Source: Octopus bimaculoides
Lineage: Eukaryota
NCBI RefSeq assembly: GCF_001194135.2
Contig: NC_068999.1
Coordinates: 23,019,671 to 23,083,670, forward strand
DNA length: 64,000 bases
Direction: 5' to 3'
How positions within the stretch are numbered: the stretch's first letter is position 1; each line of letters starts with the position of its first letter. The position numbers were made by a program, and so were the translations under genes. Below the pieces are notes generated by a model. That model worked only from the letters and a program-made list of their open reading frames with translations. It was not told the DNA's origin and ran no database searches. Positions 1 to 10,722 of the stretch are shown here, in pieces.

Positions 1-221
1 GCACATAAAAGACACCACTTCGAGCGTGGCCGTTTTCGTGCGGGTGACACGTAAAAGCACCCACTACACTCTCTGAGTGGTTGGCGTTAGGAAGGGCATC
101 CAGCTGTAGAAACTCTGCCAAATCAGACTGGAGCCTGGTGTTGCCATCCGGTTTCACCAGTCCTCAGTCAAATCGTCCAACCCATGCTAGCATGGAAAGC
201 GGACGTTAAACGATGATGATG
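1..221 (+). mobile_element. 3' tail of RTE-clade LINE (or RTE-tailed SINE)
   Basis: ...ggaagggcatccagctgtagaaactctgcc...catgctagcatggaaagcggacgttaaacgatgatgatgat ends in an (ATG)n tail. Near-identical inverted copies lie at 9835-10035 and 21410-21680, and the same tail is joined to RTE ORF remnants at 16.3-17.3 kb and 60.7-61.7 kb. Confidence 0.8.
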
Positions 222-361
222 ATATACATATATATAAACCTACAAGACTAGGTGAAAGTGCTAATTTATAAAACATGTGACATATGAATAAAAATCTGTA
301 AATATACAACCATCCAGATATTTGAATACTTGATTATTATTTTTTCTAATATATATATATG

Positions 362-605
362 TGTGTGTGTGTGTATTTATGTGTGTGTGTGTCTTTATGT
401 CTGTGTTTTCCCACCACCACTATTGGTTGACAACACATGGTGGCATGTTTATGTCCCGGTAACTTAGCGGTTTGGCAAAAGAGTCCGATAGAATAAGCAA
501 TAGGCTTACAAAGAATAAGTCCTGGGGTTGATTTCTTCAACTAAAAACCCTTTAAGGTGGTGCTCCACCATGGCCATAGCCAAATGACTGAAACAAATAA
601 AAGAA
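362..605 (+). mobile_element. 3' half of composite SINE
   Basis: Shares ...gatagaataag...ggggttgatt...ggtgctcca.catggcc...aaatgactgaaacaaataaaaga with the copies at 4.8, 5.5, 10.6, 13.5 and 15.5 kb. Confidence 0.75.
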
Positions 606-768
606 TAAAATTAAAAGAATATATTCACCATTATTTACAATAAACTTGTGCCTTTCATAACAGTCTTTTTTCTTGTAAGATATATCTCCAAACATGAAGT
701 AAATCATTTTATCAGCTTTATGAAGGAGAAGAGTTCTAGAAATATTTTCCTCATTGAACTTACCTGTA

Positions 769-1010
769 AACACACACACACACACTCACATGCCTGCACA
801 GGTGCACATACACACATACATACATGCACACACACACATGCATGCACATACACATACACATACATGTACACACACACATATACATGCATACACACACACA
901 TGCACACACACATATACATGCATACACACAATCACACACACACACACATGCACGCACACATACCCACACATGTGCCTGCACAGGTGTGTGCAACACATGC
1001 ATACACACAT
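769..1010. repeat. Compound (CA)n/(CATA)n/(TGCA) microsatellite
   Basis: Visible low-complexity tract. It produces the spurious HT/CV-rich ORFs in the ORF track. Confidence 0.95.
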
Positions 1011-2123
1011 AAAACAAACAATATATGGAGACATTTTTATCACTGTAAATCAATGAAAAAGCTATAAACAAAATAATCTGACAAGTTCTGATAAGAAAAA
1101 CCGTTTTACTTTCTCAACAGAATAGGTTTTAGTTTTGAAACTGAGGCATGTACCATATCCTTTATTACATATTAGTGTTCAGTACCATTAACCAGTTCTG
1201 AACTAATTACAAAGATCACAATTCCATAAAGCCAAATATTGTAAACTATTTACATTTCATGTTGTGTATTCATGTAACTTTAAAGCCTACATTCCAGATG
1301 GCAGGTCTTTAATACTTTCTTTTATATCATTGCAGTGTTGTATTGTTTTATTCATCAGTCTATGAATGATACCAGCTGTTGCATTGGCACCATGTTATAC
1401 AATACATTCTCTGCTGTTGCCATATTATAATAGAGGCTGCAATTATAACAGATGTGGAGAAAAAGAATATGGTTTTAAAATGCTGTTTGCCTAATCTTGG
1501 CCAAATATTGTTCTGTTTACAAGTAATGTTGAAATTGTTTAGTTCCATTGGATTTCCAGATTACTTGCAGATCCTGTTGGAATTATAACTTTGTTAAATA
1601 GAATAATCTGATTGAAGATAAAGAAGAAAAAGAAAGGAGAAATAGATAAAGTCAAAAATTTTTTTTTTTAATTTGAAGAGAAAGATAGAAGTTGGAGAAG
1701 AGGCAGAAGAGGTTAAATGGATATAAACTGTAACTTAGTGGTTGGAAGGAAATGTTGAAGAGAAATAAAGTATAAGTTGAAAATAAGAATAGTTTTTTTT
1801 TACAATTTTCTAAATAACTCAATTTTGTTTTTGCTGTTGAATTTTGTGTTAATTTTCCACGTTTTATTGACATAGATAAAGAAACTACATAACCAACTAG
1901 CAACCTGTGTAATAGTAAATAAATGTCCATATATATTGATACTAGTTCAAGAGTATTGATGATATTTTATGAAATATGATTTTATATTGTATATTGTCTC
2001 ATACAATACTTTATGTAATATCAAAATGTAATAGACATAATATCCCACATTAAATCATGTCTTTTTTATGATACATAATTATATAGAAAGTACAAATAAG
2101 AGATAAATAAGGACTGAAATATT

Positions 2124-3491
2124 CTATGAATTTATGGAAGTAGACATATAGTAGTTAGTATCTGATTTGGGCCGGAGTTTTGAAGTTAACCGCCCAACAA
2201 TAGTATTATTACCATTTTTCGTTCTTTTGGGTGGTTTACTTTCAGCTTGATTTTCATTAAATCTTGTTTCCAATTCCTTTGCTGTCCACTGTGTTCCTCG
2301 GTTATCATTGACCAACCTAGTGCTTAAAAACTTTTCATAGGAATTCTTTGTGCGCATGAAATCATCATCATCTGTAAATTTCTCCTGCTTCTTCTGATAG
2401 CGGCTTTCAGGTTTTGCATTGGATGGCTTTACACTTATCTTCGTATCAGCATAGCTAAAATCCCTCAAGTTGTGTCTTATTATATTACCTTTTATTTTGG
2501 GGGCAGATTTGAACATCGCTTGTGCTGTTTTTGTAGTTTTTGGTCGGTTCCTTTTAATTTCTGTGTTAGCTTTCTGTGATGCAGGGCTTATAGTATGATA
2601 CTGAATATTTTTGCGCCAAGTGTAACCATTCGTATCGACAAAGTCTTCCTCATCAGAAAGATATTTACCAAAATCTTCTCCTTCATAGTTCTTGAAGAGT
2701 TGCCTAGGAGAGTTTTCCTGTGAATCTGTGTTGCCAAAATCTTCATTCTTAAAGTTAAGAGTGACTTCATCTTCATCATAATCAGGTTCAGGAATGTAAA
2801 TTTCTTCATATTCATTATCCATTAAGTTTGAGTTTAAAAGGTTCCTTCGAGAAAGGTAATCTGGCTCAACTGTTGCTGCGACTGTCATTCTATTATTAGT
2901 TAACAATTTAGATTCCTTATTTAGGCCGTCAATATTGTTATCATAAACTTTTTGATTTATAGACTCATAAAGTCTATCTGTATGTTGTACGATAGTTTTT
3001 TGGTCACCGTTTAGAGACAGAACACCTACATTTTGAGAAATATCCCCAATTTGACCATCATTGCTCTGTAATGAATCCAAAACATCATGATATTCTGTTG
3101 TTGAGGTGTCAGAAGGCTTTGCAAATAGTGTATGAGTTTGATAAAGTGGATTATCTCTTACTTTATGATCCAATGGTTCAGGATCGAAAGAAATGAAATT
3201 ATTTGGGTGATCTGAAGAGTCATTGTTTGCTTTATTGGGTATTTTTTCCAAATCATTGGGTTCATTTCTACCCATGAGCAAAAAACCATTTGTTGCCTCC
3301 ATAGTATTACAATTAATTTCCGTATAATTATCTTTGTCATTAAAAGTGGTAACTTTTATTGGGTTCTTTTTAAATGTAGATATTTTGAAAATTGAATTGA
3401 CTGGTTTAATGTTTGTTGAAGTATCTTTATTTTTTACATTTTCTGGAGAAAAACTGCTGGGTTTAAATGATTTATTCTTCCACTTGAGCAT
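2124..3491 (-). CDS. Uncharacterised 455-aa, probably disordered protein with many Tyr motifs; single coding exon preceded by a spliced 5' segment
   Basis: Uninterrupted 1368-nt ORF of non-repetitive sequence. The ATG has A at -3 (gtcaagATG). A polypyrimidine tract and acceptor (cattctttattttactttctttcAG|GAG) lie at 3636/3635. The AT-rich 3' flank has AATAAA candidates. No domain was recognised. Confidence 0.8.
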   Translation of the reverse strand: MLKWKNKSFKPSSFSPENVKNKDTSTNIKPVNSIFKISTFKKNPIKVTTFNDKDNYTEINCNTMEATNGFLLMGRNEPNDLEKIPNKANNDSSDHPNNFISFDPEPLDHKVRDNPLYQTHTLFAKPSDTSTTEYHDVLDSLQSNDGQIGDISQNVGVLSLNGDQKTIVQHTDRLYESINQKVYDNNIDGLNKESKLLTNNRMTVAATVEPDYLSRRNLLNSNLMDNEYEEIYIPEPDYDEDEVTLNFKNEDFGNTDSQENSPRQLFKNYEGEDFGKYLSDEEDFVDTNGYTWRKNIQYHTISPASQKANTEIKRNRPKTTKTAQAMFKSAPKIKGNIIRHNLRDFSYADTKISVKPSNAKPESRYQKKQEKFTDDDDFMRTKNSYEKFLSTRLVNDNRGTQWTAKELETRFNENQAESKPPKRTKNGNNTIVGRLTSKLRPKSDTNYYMSTSINS

Positions 3492-3764
3492 CTTGACAAA
3501 TTGGTTAATTCAAAGTCACTGCAAGTTTTAGTGTCTGCAAGTGGCAGATTGAACTTTGATGCACTCTTTTTCACTTGAAGTATTCTCCTAGTTTGTATCA
3601 ACAGCGATGGTTGACTGCTATTTGTCAACAAACTCCTGAAAGAAAGTAAAATAAAGAATGGTTAGTTATATTTTTAAAATTTTGAATAATAAAAGAATAT
3701 TTACATTGCTATCATCCTCATCATAATTAACATCACCATTATTATTATTATTATTATTATTGTT

Positions 3765-3974
3765 CAGTAGTTTTATTTTTATAACGTGCTTTTACTTCAC
3801 TACCGAGCGCAGCTCTGTGCGCCTTGGGTATGTGCTGTGGTTTGCTGTGGTGCTCTTATGGTTACTGTATTGAAAGTGCTTTGCGTAGGATGTGTGCAGT
3901 GCCCAGTAGTGCAATTTTCTGTATGTTATATATTTTTGTAAGTTCTGGTGTTTTTGTTATGTATTTGTCTGAAT
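3765..3974 (-). mobile_element. 5'-truncated R4/Dong-clade non-LTR retrotransposon 3' end within a (TAA)n tract
   Basis: The minus strand encodes ...YNIQKIALLGTAHILRKALSIQ*, a typical C-terminus for restriction-endonuclease-like (REL) R4/Dong proteins. A short 3'UTR follows, and (TAA)n lies on both sides. Confidence 0.75.
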
Positions 3975-4619
3975 ATTATTATTATTATTATTATTATTAC
4001 TACTACTACTACTACTGCTNNNNNNNNNNNNNNNNNNNNNNNNNNNNNNNNNNNNNNNNNNNNNNNNNNNNNNNNNNNNNNNNNNNNNNNNNNNNNNNNN
4101 NNNNNNNNNNNNNNNNNNNNNNNNNNNNNNNNNNNNNNNNNNNNNNNNNNNNNNNNNNNNNNNNNNNNNNNNNNNNNNNNNNNNNNNNNNNNNNNNNNNN
4201 NNNNNNNNNNNNNNNNNNNNNNNNNNNNNNNNNNNNNNNNNNNNNNNNNNNNNNNNNNNNNNNNNNNNNNNNNNNNNNNNNNNNNNNNNNNNNNNNNNNN
4301 NNNNNNNNNNNNNNNNNNNNNNNNNNNNNNNNNNNNNNNNNNNNNNNNNNNNNNNNNNNNNNNNNNNNNNNNNNNNNNNNNNNNNNNNNNNNNNNNNNNN
4401 NNNNNNNNNNNNNNNNNNNNNNNNNNNNNNNNNNNNNNNNNNNNNNNNNNNNNNNNNNNNNNNNNNNNNNNNNNNNNNNNNNNNNNNNNNNNNNNNNNNN
4501 NNNNNNNNNNNNNNNNNNNNNNNNNNNNNNNNNNNNNNNNNNNNNNNNNNNNNNNNNNNNNNNNNNNNNNNNNNNNNNNNNNNNNNNNNNNNNNNNNNNA
4601 TATATATATATATATACTA

Positions 4620-5021
4620 CAGTGGCTGTGTGGTAAGTAGCTTGCTTACCAACCACATGGTTCCGGGTTCATTCCTACTGCATGGCACCTTGGGCAAGTG
4701 TCTTCTACTATAGCCTCGGGCCGACCAAAGCCTTGTGAGTGGATTTGGTAGACGGAAACTGAAAGAAGCCCGTCGTATATATGTGTATATATATATGTGT
4801 TTGTGCGTGTATATGTTTGTGTGTCTGTGTTTGTCCTCCCAGCATCGCTTGACAACTGATGCTGCTGTGTTTACGTCCCTGTGACTTAGCGGTTCGGCAA
4901 AAGAGACCGATAGAATAAGTACTAGGCTTCGAAAGAATAAGTCCTGGGGTCGATTTGCTTGACTAAAGGCGGTGCTCCAGCATGGTCGCAGTCAAATGAC
5001 TGAAACCAGTAAAAGAGTAAA

Positions 5022-5025
<4 letters not shown>
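4620..5025 (+). mobile_element. Composite tRNA-derived SINE (tRNA-like head, central TA/TG microsatellite, conserved body and tail)
   Basis: Head gtggctgtgtggtaag (A-box-like) ...ggttccgggttcattcc (B-box-like), then ggcaccttgggcaagtgtcttctactatagcc, ending in tgactgaaaccagtaaaaga. Homologous copies lie at 10315-10722, 13200-13610, 5990-6140, 12005-12185, 32350-32500, 38965-39125 and 53080-53240. Confidence 0.85.
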
Positions 5026-5065
<40 letters not shown>

Positions 5066-5119
5066 TACTTCTTTCAGTTTCCATCTAGCAAACCAATGCT
5101 ATTATTACAGCCATTGTAT

Positions 5120-5290
5120 AAGGCAGTGAGCTGGCAGAATCATTAGCACACTGAGCAAAATGGTTAGTGGCATTTCATCTCTCTTTACATTCTGAGTTCA
5201 AATACCACCAAGATTGACTTTACCTTTCATACTTTTGGGGTTGGTAAAATAAGTACCAGTTGGACACTGGGGACAATCTAATTGACTTAT
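5120..5290 (+). mobile_element. SINE with Nin-domain-like core
   Basis: gagctggcagaatc...ttctgagttcaaat...gactttacctttcat...taaaataagtaccagt. Other copies lie at 8340-8560, 14985-15115, 17670-17770, 18060-18200, 29630-29803, 32090-32330, 58030-58250 and 62380-62730. The Nin-domain label is from recall. Confidence 0.7.
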
Positions 5291-5391
5291 GTGTGACATC
5301 TTTTGGGCCAGCGTCTTCTATTATAGCTTCAGGCTGATCAAAGCCTTCTGAGTGGATTTGGGAGACATAAACTGAAGGAAACCTGTCATGT

Positions 5392-5433
<42 letters not shown>

Positions 5434-5950
5434 AGAGAAAGAGAGAGCTGTGTTTGTCCTCCACTACCATTTGACAATTGGTATTGGTGTATTGGCATCC
5501 TGGTAACTTAGCGATTCAGTAACAGAATCTGATAGAATAAGAACCAAGCTGGGGTTGATTCATTTGACTAAAAGAAATTCTTCAAGGTGGTGCCCCAGCA
5601 TGGCTGCAGTCTAATGACTGGAAAAAGTCAAAGATAAAAGATAAAATATGCATGCCCTCCCTGTCATCAATCCTCGCTTGTTTTTTGAGTAAGAAATCTC
5701 TTTTCCATTTATTTAACCTCTCTTCACAAGTGCAGAACAACTACAGGACATATTCTCTATGAAAAATGTAAAAATAACATCACTGTTATGCTCAACCATG
5801 ACATATGAGAACAAGTAGAATGTAATCATTCATGCAGGCTTACAAATATATGCAATTACACACACATGCCTGCATGTATACATATCTATATCACATACCC
5901 ACACACACATATAAATATACATATACATAAAGACACACATAGATATATAT

Positions 5951-5986
<36 letters not shown>

Positions 5987-6187
5987 GTATGCCATGGGTG
6001 CGTAGTTAAGAAGCCTGCTTTGCAACCGCATGGCTTCAAGTTCAGTCCCACTGTGTGGAACCCTGGACAATTGTCTTCTACATTAAACCTGGGCTGACCA
6101 ATGTCTTGTGAATGAATTTTGTAGAAAGAAACAGGGACAGATGCAATTTTATGTGTGTGTGTAAGAATACACACACACACACAAACT

Positions 6188-6259
<72 letters not shown>

Positions 6260-6807
6260 GAGAGAGGCAAATCAAAAATAAAAACAAAAACAGGAAAAAC
6301 AACAAAAGTCAAAAGGATAAACGCAGTGAATGTATTAGGTTGATGTTCAGAGAGAGTTTAAAATGGAAACAAAGAGAGGAACATGACATTTCGAGCATGA
6401 CACTCTTCATCAGAAAGAAGAAATAAGAAAAAGTCTAGAGAGAAGGAAAAGAAAAGCATGTGTGCCATAACATGGTTGAAAAATAACCCATGCCAGCATG
6501 GAAAATGGATTATTTAAATGACAACAATGACAATGATATATATATATATATATATATATATANNNNNNNNNNNNNNNNNNNNNNNNNNNNNNNNNNNNNN
6601 NNNNNNNNNNNNNNNNNNNNNNNNNNNNNNNNNNNNNNNNNNNNNNNNNNNNNNNNNNNNNNNNNNNNNNNNNNNNNNNNNNNNNNNNNNNNNNNNNNNN
6701 NNNNNNNNNNNNNNNNNNNNNNNNNNNNNNNNNAAGATACTTTATTGCAGCAACAATTATAATAACAGAAACCACTACAATAAGCCAAACCTATGCACAT
6801 TTCAATA

Positions 6808-6841
<34 letters not shown>

Positions 6842-7516
6842 AGAACTCACCTGTGAGCTTTTTGCTAAGACTGTTAACAGATACTATATATTTTGTAAAA
6901 TTTTGTTTTATAAAAGTATATATTTAATTTATATATATATATATATATATTTATATAATAAAGTACTGAGATTCATTACGGTTGTAGTAAAGCCAGCTGG
7001 TTAGCCCTAATTATAGACAAGGTTTGTATGGATAAAACAAAGTAGATGATGATAACCAATCAATAAAGTCCGTTACTCAGTGTATCCAGTGTATCCAATA
7101 CATTTTGTCCCATATTGAACTTGACAGAAATTTCAAAGAGATGATTGCCACTATACTACGCTAGTATATAGCAACATAAGTTGTTAATTATACCTTTTGC
7201 TATTCCATAAAGGGGTTGGTAAGCAAGCATGCAAATAGGATAGTGAAGTCCTTTTAGCTATGTTGAGAACAGGGTTACTACTCTAGTGCTGGTGCTATGA
7301 AAAATGATCCTAGCACACTCTGTAAAGTGGTTGGTGTATGAATAAGATGCAGTCCTCCAACCCATCTAGATCGGTAGTATACCCAAATATGCATTGACTC
7401 TAACAGCAACATCTCAACATCTCACTCAAGTCACACATGCATGGTATGCAGTCACAAAACAATAATATATATATATATATATACTTTATTTAAAAGCAGC
7501 AGAAATATAACAAAAG

Positions 7517-7556
7517 ACTGTTACTCTGAGTTTCACGTTCCCATTCATCGGACAGT
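7517..7556 (-). ncRNA. Minimal type I hammerhead ribozyme motif, 40 nt, with a CCGAUGA variant core
   Basis: The minus strand reads ACUGU-CCGAUGA-AUG GGAA CGU-GAA-ACUC A GAGU-A-ACAGU. Stem I ACUGU/ACAGU is perfect, stem II has 3 bp plus a GGAA tetraloop, stem III is near-palindromic, and the cleavage triplet is GUA. Confidence 0.65.
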
Positions 7557-7595
7557 TTTGTTAGAAATGGGGAAGGAATAACATATATATATATA

Positions 7596-7984
7596 TGTTG
7601 TTGTTGGCACTCCATCGCTTACGACGTCGAGGGTTCCAGTTGATCCGATCAACGGAACAGCCTGCTCATGAAATTAATGTGCAAGTGGCTGAGCACTCCA
7701 CAGACACGTGTACCCTTAACGTAGTTCTCGGGGAGATTCAGTGTGACACAGAGTGTGACAAGGCTGACCCTTTGAATTACAGGCACAGCAGAAACAGGAA
7801 GTAAGAGCGATAGAAAGTTGTGGTGAAAGAGTACAGCAGGGTTCACCACCATCCCCTGCCGGAGCCTTGTGGAACTTTAGGTGTTTTCGCTCAATAAACA
7901 CTCACAACGCCCGGTCTGGGAATCAAAACCACGATCCTACGACCACGGGTCCACTGCCCTAATCACTGGGCCATTGCACCTCCA
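7596..7984 (-). mobile_element. tRNA-derived SINE, near full length
   Basis: The minus strand starts tggaggtgcaatggcccagtgattagggc...gtggttttgattcccagacc (A/B boxes) and ends in a (CAA)n tail. A highly similar copy lies at 58455-58734. Confidence 0.85.
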
Positions 7985-8732
7985 CATATTTATATGTGTA
8001 TGTATGTATATGTGTGTGTGTGTATATATATATATATAGATATAGATATGTATATATAGGTATAAATATATTGCTACATTGTGGATGGTCATATTTTTTG
8101 CCAATTAACTGCACGCACTATATATTTGGTCTTCACTCCTGTTTTATTATTATTCTTATTTTGCTGTACTTTGTCTGAGATCTTTCATCACACAATCTGA
8201 CTCTCCATCAAACACGTCTCCTATTCTGTTTAGTTCATTCTAAACTTCAGCAAATGGACTAAATAGAACAGGAAGAGACACATGGCATGGAGAGTTGATG
8301 AAGAGGTCAGGATGTGTGATGAAAGATTTCAAACAAAGGACACTAAAATCAGAATGATAACCTTTCTACTAAAGGAACAAGGCCTGAAATTTTGGGTGAG
8401 GAGACTAGTTGTGTTCAACTGGTACTTATTTTATTGATCCCAGAAAGGATGAAAGGCAAAGTCGACCCTGGTGGAATTTGAAGTCAGAATGTAAAGACAG
8501 ACAAAATGCCACTAATCATTTTGCCCGGTGTGCTAATGATTCTGCCAGTTCACCACCTTTAAAATAATTATAATGATAATAAAGCTGAAGACCTAGTATA
8601 TAGAGCATGTGGTTAATTGGCAAAAAAGATGACCATCCCCAGATATAGCAATATCTGTTTCAATACACTATTTCATATCAGGAATCTTACAAAACAAATA
8701 CATAAACATATAATATGTGTGTGTGTATAAAG

Positions 8733-8774
<42 letters not shown>

Positions 8775-8930
8775 ATGTATATATTAATATTATTTCGGTT
8801 GAAAAAATTTCGATAATGTAAATATGTTAATAGTTACCAGGGTAGCAAAAATCACACCAAAACTGAGATATCATACCCAGTTAAGAAGTAGAAATACCAT
8901 GTTAAAGTGATGTATTTTGAGTAGATATGA

Positions 8931-9200
8931 AGAATAATAATAAATGGAGCAAAACGCATATAATAAATAAGTTCCTTTAATTCCTGCGTATGATTCAAAA
9001 TATATGTGCACTCTACTCCAAAGAAGTAAGAGGTGCTGGAATTGCACATAAATTGCACATAATTGCACATAAATTCAATTTATGTGCAATTCCAGCACCT
9101 CTTACTTCTTTGGAGTAGAGTGCACATATATTTTGAATCATATGTAGGAATTAAAGGAACTTATTGATTATACACGTTTTGCTCCATTTATTATTATTCT
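8931..9200. repeat. About 120-bp inverted repeat (foldback) in a PLE-related remnant
   Basis: 8931-9053 is the reverse complement of 9076-9200 with a few mismatches. The adjacent 19-mer atagttaccagggtagcaa (8830-8848) matches 55024-55042 inverted. Confidence 0.85.
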
Positions 9201-9834
9201 TTATATATATATATACATATATATAAACTTAGATATGTTTCGACCAAAGATTGGTCCAGGCCATATCTAACTTAATAGCACCACCTGATGTGTAAATATA
9301 TATATATACACACACATATATATATAGGTGCCACAGTATCACTGGCAGTGCCCCAGTATGGCCACAGCCTTAGGGCTGAAACATATAAAAGGATATATAT
9401 ATATATTAATCTAAGGGTTGACAAGTTCAGAAAGAAGCTATGTTCAGTCACTTAGAATAAAGTACTCAATAATAAATCTGAGAGTGAATAACAAATATTT
9501 GATCCACAATTATTAGTCTGACAAAATAAATATTCTGTTTCACCTGTGTACACATATTAACTAGACATAATTAAAATATAAGTCTGAACAAATACAATTA
9601 AGACAGTCATGGACACTCAGATATGGGAAAGGACACACACTGCAGATGCGTAATAGGATACTACATTATATAAGTACAAATCTGGGTGGATTGTTCATAG
9701 TAATGTGGTTTGGGAATTCAGTTTCACCATGTCACCTTCGATAAGTATCTTTAACTATAGTCCCAAGTCAACCAAAGCCTGGATTTGCTTTATGGAAGCT
9801 GAAAGAAGTGCATTTCCTACATTTGAATGCATCA

Positions 9835-10035
9835 TCATCATTATCATCATCATCATCGTTTAACGTCCGCTTTCCATGCTAGCATGGGTTGGACGATTTG
9901 ACTGAGGACTGGTGAAACCGGATGGCAACACCAGGCTCCAATCTAATTTGGCAGAGTTTCTACAGCTGGATGCCCTTCCTAACGCCAACCACTCAGAGAG
10001 TGTAGTGGGTGCTTTTACGTGTCACCCGCACGAAG
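9835..10035 (-). mobile_element. RTE-type 3' tail
   Basis: Reverse complement of the 1-221 sequence, with a (CAT)n tail. Confidence 0.85.
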
Positions 10036-10263
10036 TACATATAAATATATAGTTTTAGGGCAAAGAACTAAGGTTCATGAACTCATCGATGAAAATCCCC
10101 TGTTACATATAGAAAAATTAATAATTAAAAGCATAATAAATAAGTATATTTTTCCCTAAAACTATATATTTATATATATTTTATACTGTGAAACTTAATT
10201 TAATTTTAATTTTTAATAAATTGATTTTAATTGAGTTTTTACCTGTAATTTTGGATTTTATCC

Positions 10264-10300
<37 letters not shown>

Positions 10301-10314
10301 TACATTACTACATA

Positions 10315-10722
10315 GGCACATGCATAGTTGTGTGTTTAACAAGTTTGCTTCCCAATCACATGGTGCCAGTTTCAGTCTCACTGCATGGTACCTTGGGCAA
10401 GTGTCTTCTACTGTAGCCTCAGGCTAACCAAAGCTTTATGAGTGGATTTAGTAGACAGAAACTGCAAAAAGTTTGTCATGTGTGTGTGTGTGTATGCGTC
10501 CTTCAGTCTGTGTTTGGCCCCTCCCACAGCCCCATGCTTGACAACCAGCGCTGGTGTGTTTATGTCCCTGTAACTTAACAATTCAGTAAAACAGATAGAA
10601 TAAGTATTGGGTTTAAAAAGAAACTAAGTACTCCGATCAATTAATTCAACTAAAATTCTTCGAGGTAGTGCCCCAGCATGGCCACAATCTAATGACTGAA
10701 ACAAGTGTCAAAGATAAAAGAT
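10315..10722 (+). mobile_element. Composite tRNA-derived SINE
   Basis: Same head, body and tail as 4620-5025. Confidence 0.8.

Noticed and set aside
4620-7984. tRNA genes
   Set aside because: The A/B-box sequences are SINE heads fused to SINE bodies, and no complete cloverleaf was seen.
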